Source of the DNA: a bacterium
GTDB taxonomy: Bacteria > UBA10199 > 2-02-FULL-44-16 > JAAZCA01
DNA length: 64,000 bases
Direction of reading: 5' to 3'
NCBI GenBank assembly: GCA_963674695.2
Contig: CAXXGI010000003.1
Location: 832,001 to 896,000, forward strand
Part shown: positions 60,938-64,000 of the stretch, in pieces
Position numbering within the stretch: the first letter of the stretch is position 1
How the letters are laid out: every line of letters starts with the position of its first letter
Notes under the pieces: generated by a model
The model's database searches: none
What the model was told of the DNA's origin: nothing
The model's input: only the letters and a program-made list of their open reading frames with translations
Position numbers and translations under genes: made by a program

Positions 60938-63724
60938 ATGAGTGATAAGATAAAAATGGCGGATATCAATGCCGACGGATATATCGATCGCATCGGGTAT
61001 GACTGCGAAGTTTCCGAGCGGGAGCTCAACTCATGCTTCGCCACGCAGGTTGAATTCGGCCTCGAAGGCGGAGAGTTCCTTCCCCTCTTCGACGCGGAAA
61101 GCATCGAGGAGAATGCGCCGATCGAAGCGGGAGATGAAATCATCAGCTCGCCGACATCGATTCTGCGCTCGGTGCTAAACGGCTACAGCGACATGGAGCC
61201 AGGGCTCGAAGAGATCGATGCATTTGCAGGCGATGAAACCGATGGGCGCAAACCGCTCTCGACCGACGAGATCATCGATCTCTGCCGCGAGAGGGCACCC
61301 GGCGATTACGACTGCGAGGCGATGGCCATCTCCGGCCCCGAGGATCATATCTATCAGCCGCGCGACATCCGCCGCTATTTCTCCGACGAAATCGTCGAGC
61401 TCTGTCGTGAACGGATCGAAGATGGCGCGAAGCAGGACTCCTGCATCGAAGAGGCCAAGCACGCCCCTGATCGACACGTCTTTCAACCGATGAGCTTGCG
61501 CCATCGATCGATGGATGAACTCATCGCCATCTGCAGGGAGGTAGAACCGACGCGGGGGATGGTCTCGGCCTGCATCAAGGCGGCGAAGGAAGATCCGACC
61601 GGTCATCGCCATCAGCGCGACGTCATTCCGGCCGGCATGCTGCGATGCAAATCGGGGGTTGTTCGCGCCCGCGATGTGATCACGCACCCCGACGCCCTGC
61701 TCCACCGGCCGCACGAACTCTATGCGCCGATTCACCTCGATCGCGACACGGAACAGGGCCACCACCTGCGCGCAAACGTCATCGCGCGCGCGCAGGCGGG
61801 AACGTCGAACGATGTGCGCGAATACGTCTACGCCTATTTCGAGAGAGCGATCGACGATGCGGCGCTGGCCTCAAGGCTGGCCGAGCGCTGGATGTCGATC
61901 ACCCCGGCGGATCTGGCCTTCGACCGTAAGACGGTCAAAAAACTCGCCCAGCACCCGGATCCGAAGGAAAGAGCGCGCTTCGTCGCCACCTATACCAAGT
62001 TCGATCCGTCAACACTCATCCTCGCCCTCTCGAAAAAACACGAAACGCTTGCCCAGGCCATCATGGGCACCGAAGCATTCCCCTCAGAGGAGAACGGCTA
62101 TCCACTGCTCATCACCACGCAAGCGCGCGCGGACGCGCTCATCCTCTCCGGCATTGCCGAACTCGACACCTTTCGTCGACGCTCCGCATTTCGGCAACTG
62201 GCGCGCAACGAGATCAAGCGCCGCCTGATCATCGACCGCTACGCCGAGAAGCATCCCATCGACTTCGCGGTGTGGGCGACAAACTTCCTGGGCGAACCGG
62301 AATCAAACGCCGTGGCTATAACCGACAACCAGACGGTCCGGAGGCATACCCATCTGCGCCTGGCAGCCATCGTCCAAGACCCGAAGTTCACCGACGCGCT
62401 GTTCGCGGCGTTTCACGAACGCTTCATCGGCGACATCGACGCATTTCGGATGAAGGGCACGGGGCAGCGCAAGCGCCTGTCGACGGCTGAGCTCAATCTC
62501 TACGCCAATCTCATCACCATGGCCCAAAAGGCACCACAGATTCCGAATGCCGAAACGCTGATGACCATCGGCGACAACGACGTTCGAACGATCCCCATCG
62601 TCCTGTTCGCCTTGGCCAAGAAAGGCGAGCGAACGAAGGCAATCCAGGCCTTCGTGTGCCGTCACCTGCGCCCCCCGATCGGCACGATCGAAAATGTGCC
62701 CATGCTCGCAAGCGCACAGCTCCTCGAACCCAGCGATGCCGTCGACCGGTTACAGCCATTCCTCGACTCCCCCGAACCGCTCGTGCGTCTGAACACGTAC
62801 GGAATGCTCATCGCCATACCCAAACAGGATGAGGCGCTCTCTGCCCTCATCGCCAACGGCGTCTCCGATTCCGATCTGCGCATTCAGGCGATGACGGCCA
62901 ACGCCCTGTTCGAACGAGGCGATGCTCGCGTGGCGAAACGACTGTTCAATGAGGTGCTCGCCCCTTACGCCGCTCGCACGCCATCGCACGCCCCATTTCG
63001 AAGCAGCATCTTCGACCCCGTCCTGAGACAGCGCGACCTCATCCACGCGCAGAAGATCAACACCCCCATCATAAAGGATCCGAACGCGTCCGAGGAGACG
63101 GCACCGACGCTCAAGCAGTTCGCCCTCTTCGCCATCGCTCGTTTCGGGCAACCCCAGGAAGCCATTGACGCCGTCATCGAGCTGCTCGAAACGGAAACAG
63201 ATGATATCGATCTCACCTTGAGCGCACAGGCACTGATCGCACTCGAGGGAATCACCGGGCTTGAACGCGTCCTGGACCAAATCGATGCGCGCGCCGCTCC
63301 GGGAGATCTCATCCGGATGGCCAGCGGCGCAGCCGTCCAGCTCAATGCCACGCACCTGGCTCCGCGTCTCTTCCCGCATCTGCAGCACAAAGAGAGCGAT
63401 GTGCGCAACACGGTCGCACAGAATTTACACGCCCTCGACGGAGAGCGCATCCTGGCCGCACTGCTCGAACACAGCACGAACAAGAACGCGCGCAAGCGCC
63501 GTCATTACGCGGAGGCCCTGGGCGCCTTCGATGGCCCCGAGTCGACCGCGCGGCTCATCGAGATGCTCGACGACCGCTCTCGGCGCGTGCGCTACGCAGC
63601 CGGCGGCGCGCTCAAGCGGATCTCCGATCCGAAGGCGATCGAAATGATCAATGCGTATGTCGAGGCAAACCCGAAAAAAGCACGCTACCTCCGCGCCCAC
63701 TCGCGCCGGACGGCAAAACGATAG
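60938..63724 (+). CDS. Large protein with three Cys-pair repeats and C-terminal HEAT repeats
   Basis: RBS AAGGAG; DINADG motif; HEAT-like units (RRHYAEALGAF, LDDRSRRVRYAAGGALKRI). Confidence 0.8.
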   Translation: MSDKIKMADINADGYIDRIGYDCEVSERELNSCFATQVEFGLEGGEFLPLFDAESIEENAPIEAGDEIISSPTSILRSVLNGYSDMEPGLEEIDAFAGDETDGRKPLSTDEIIDLCRERAPGDYDCEAMAISGPEDHIYQPRDIRRYFSDEIVELCRERIEDGAKQDSCIEEAKHAPDRHVFQPMSLRHRSMDELIAICREVEPTRGMVSACIKAAKEDPTGHRHQRDVIPAGMLRCKSGVVRARDVITHPDALLHRPHELYAPIHLDRDTEQGHHLRANVIARAQAGTSNDVREYVYAYFERAIDDAALASRLAERWMSITPADLAFDRKTVKKLAQHPDPKERARFVATYTKFDPSTLILALSKKHETLAQAIMGTEAFPSEENGYPLLITTQARADALILSGIAELDTFRRRSAFRQLARNEIKRRLIIDRYAEKHPIDFAVWATNFLGEPESNAVAITDNQTVRRHTHLRLAAIVQDPKFTDALFAAFHERFIGDIDAFRMKGTGQRKRLSTAELNLYANLITMAQKAPQIPNAETLMTIGDNDVRTIPIVLFALAKKGERTKAIQAFVCRHLRPPIGTIENVPMLASAQLLEPSDAVDRLQPFLDSPEPLVRLNTYGMLIAIPKQDEALSALIANGVSDSDLRIQAMTANALFERGDARVAKRLFNEVLAPYAARTPSHAPFRSSIFDPVLRQRDLIHAQKINTPIIKDPNASEETAPTLKQFALFAIARFGQPQEAIDAVIELLETETDDIDLTLSAQALIALEGITGLERVLDQIDARAAPGDLIRMASGAAVQLNATHLAPRLFPHLQHKESDVRNTVAQNLHALDGERILAALLEHSTNKNARKRRHYAEALGAFDGPESTARLIEMLDDRSRRVRYAAGGALKRISDPKAIEMINAYVEANPKKARYLRAHSRRTAKR

Positions 63725-63732
63725 GACGCACA

Positions 63733-64000
63733 CTATGACGAGGGATGGCGAGCCTTGGACTCGTTCAGGTGCATGCCGACCAGGCGCGCGACCATGACGG
63801 CGAGATAGAGCGGACCGATGAGCGCCTCAAAGATGGCCAACAGGCGCGTGAAGGGATGGGTGGCAACCATGTCACCAAAACCGGTGGTCGTGAGCGTGGT
63901 GTAGCTGAAGTAGAGATAGTCGCGAAAGTCCTCGAGCGAGTGGAGCGTGCCACCCCGCAGATCGAATGCACCCGGGAGAAAGAGCGCCACCCCGCCATAG
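63733..64000 (-). CDS. Potassium channel family protein, 5' end outside the window
   Basis: LYFSYTTLTTTGFGDM pore loop followed by a TM helix. Confidence 0.88.
   Translation of the reverse strand, partial: YGGVALFLPGAFDLRGGTLHSLEDFRDYLYFSYTTLTTTGFGDMVATHPFTRLLAIFEALIGPLYLAVMVARLVGMHLNESKARHPSS

Overview
GC-rich bacterial chromosome window; gene style suggests a deltaproteobacterial-type lineage (inference). Its core (10.6-46.7 kb, all minus strand) is one contiguous translation/transcription supercluster: rlmB, tRNA-Thr/Tyr/Gly/Thr, tuf, rpmG, tRNA-Trp, secE, nusG, rplKAJL, rpoBC, rpsLG, fusA, tuf, then the S10, spc and alpha operons. On the left, hutU and hutI are separated by about 6 kb of accessory DNA: hicAB between two 86-bp repeats that each carry a sigma54-type promoter, an AT-rich OLD-family ATPase/TOPRIM nuclease, a GNAT pseudogene, a 191-nt rod-like hairpin and a REP cluster. 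On the right are an EF-G paralogue, pyrF, proS, ispG, a cell-anchored metzincin, a PTS-IIA/zinc-ribbon fusion and orphan genes with sigma28-like promoter motifs. The least explained signals are non-coding: the 191-nt rod hairpin, hairpins built from 7-nt-periodic repeats in many spacers (one tract in-frame inside proS), the duplicated sigma54 module, and nested or TIR-bounded REP elements. All calls are by eye; no database search was run.
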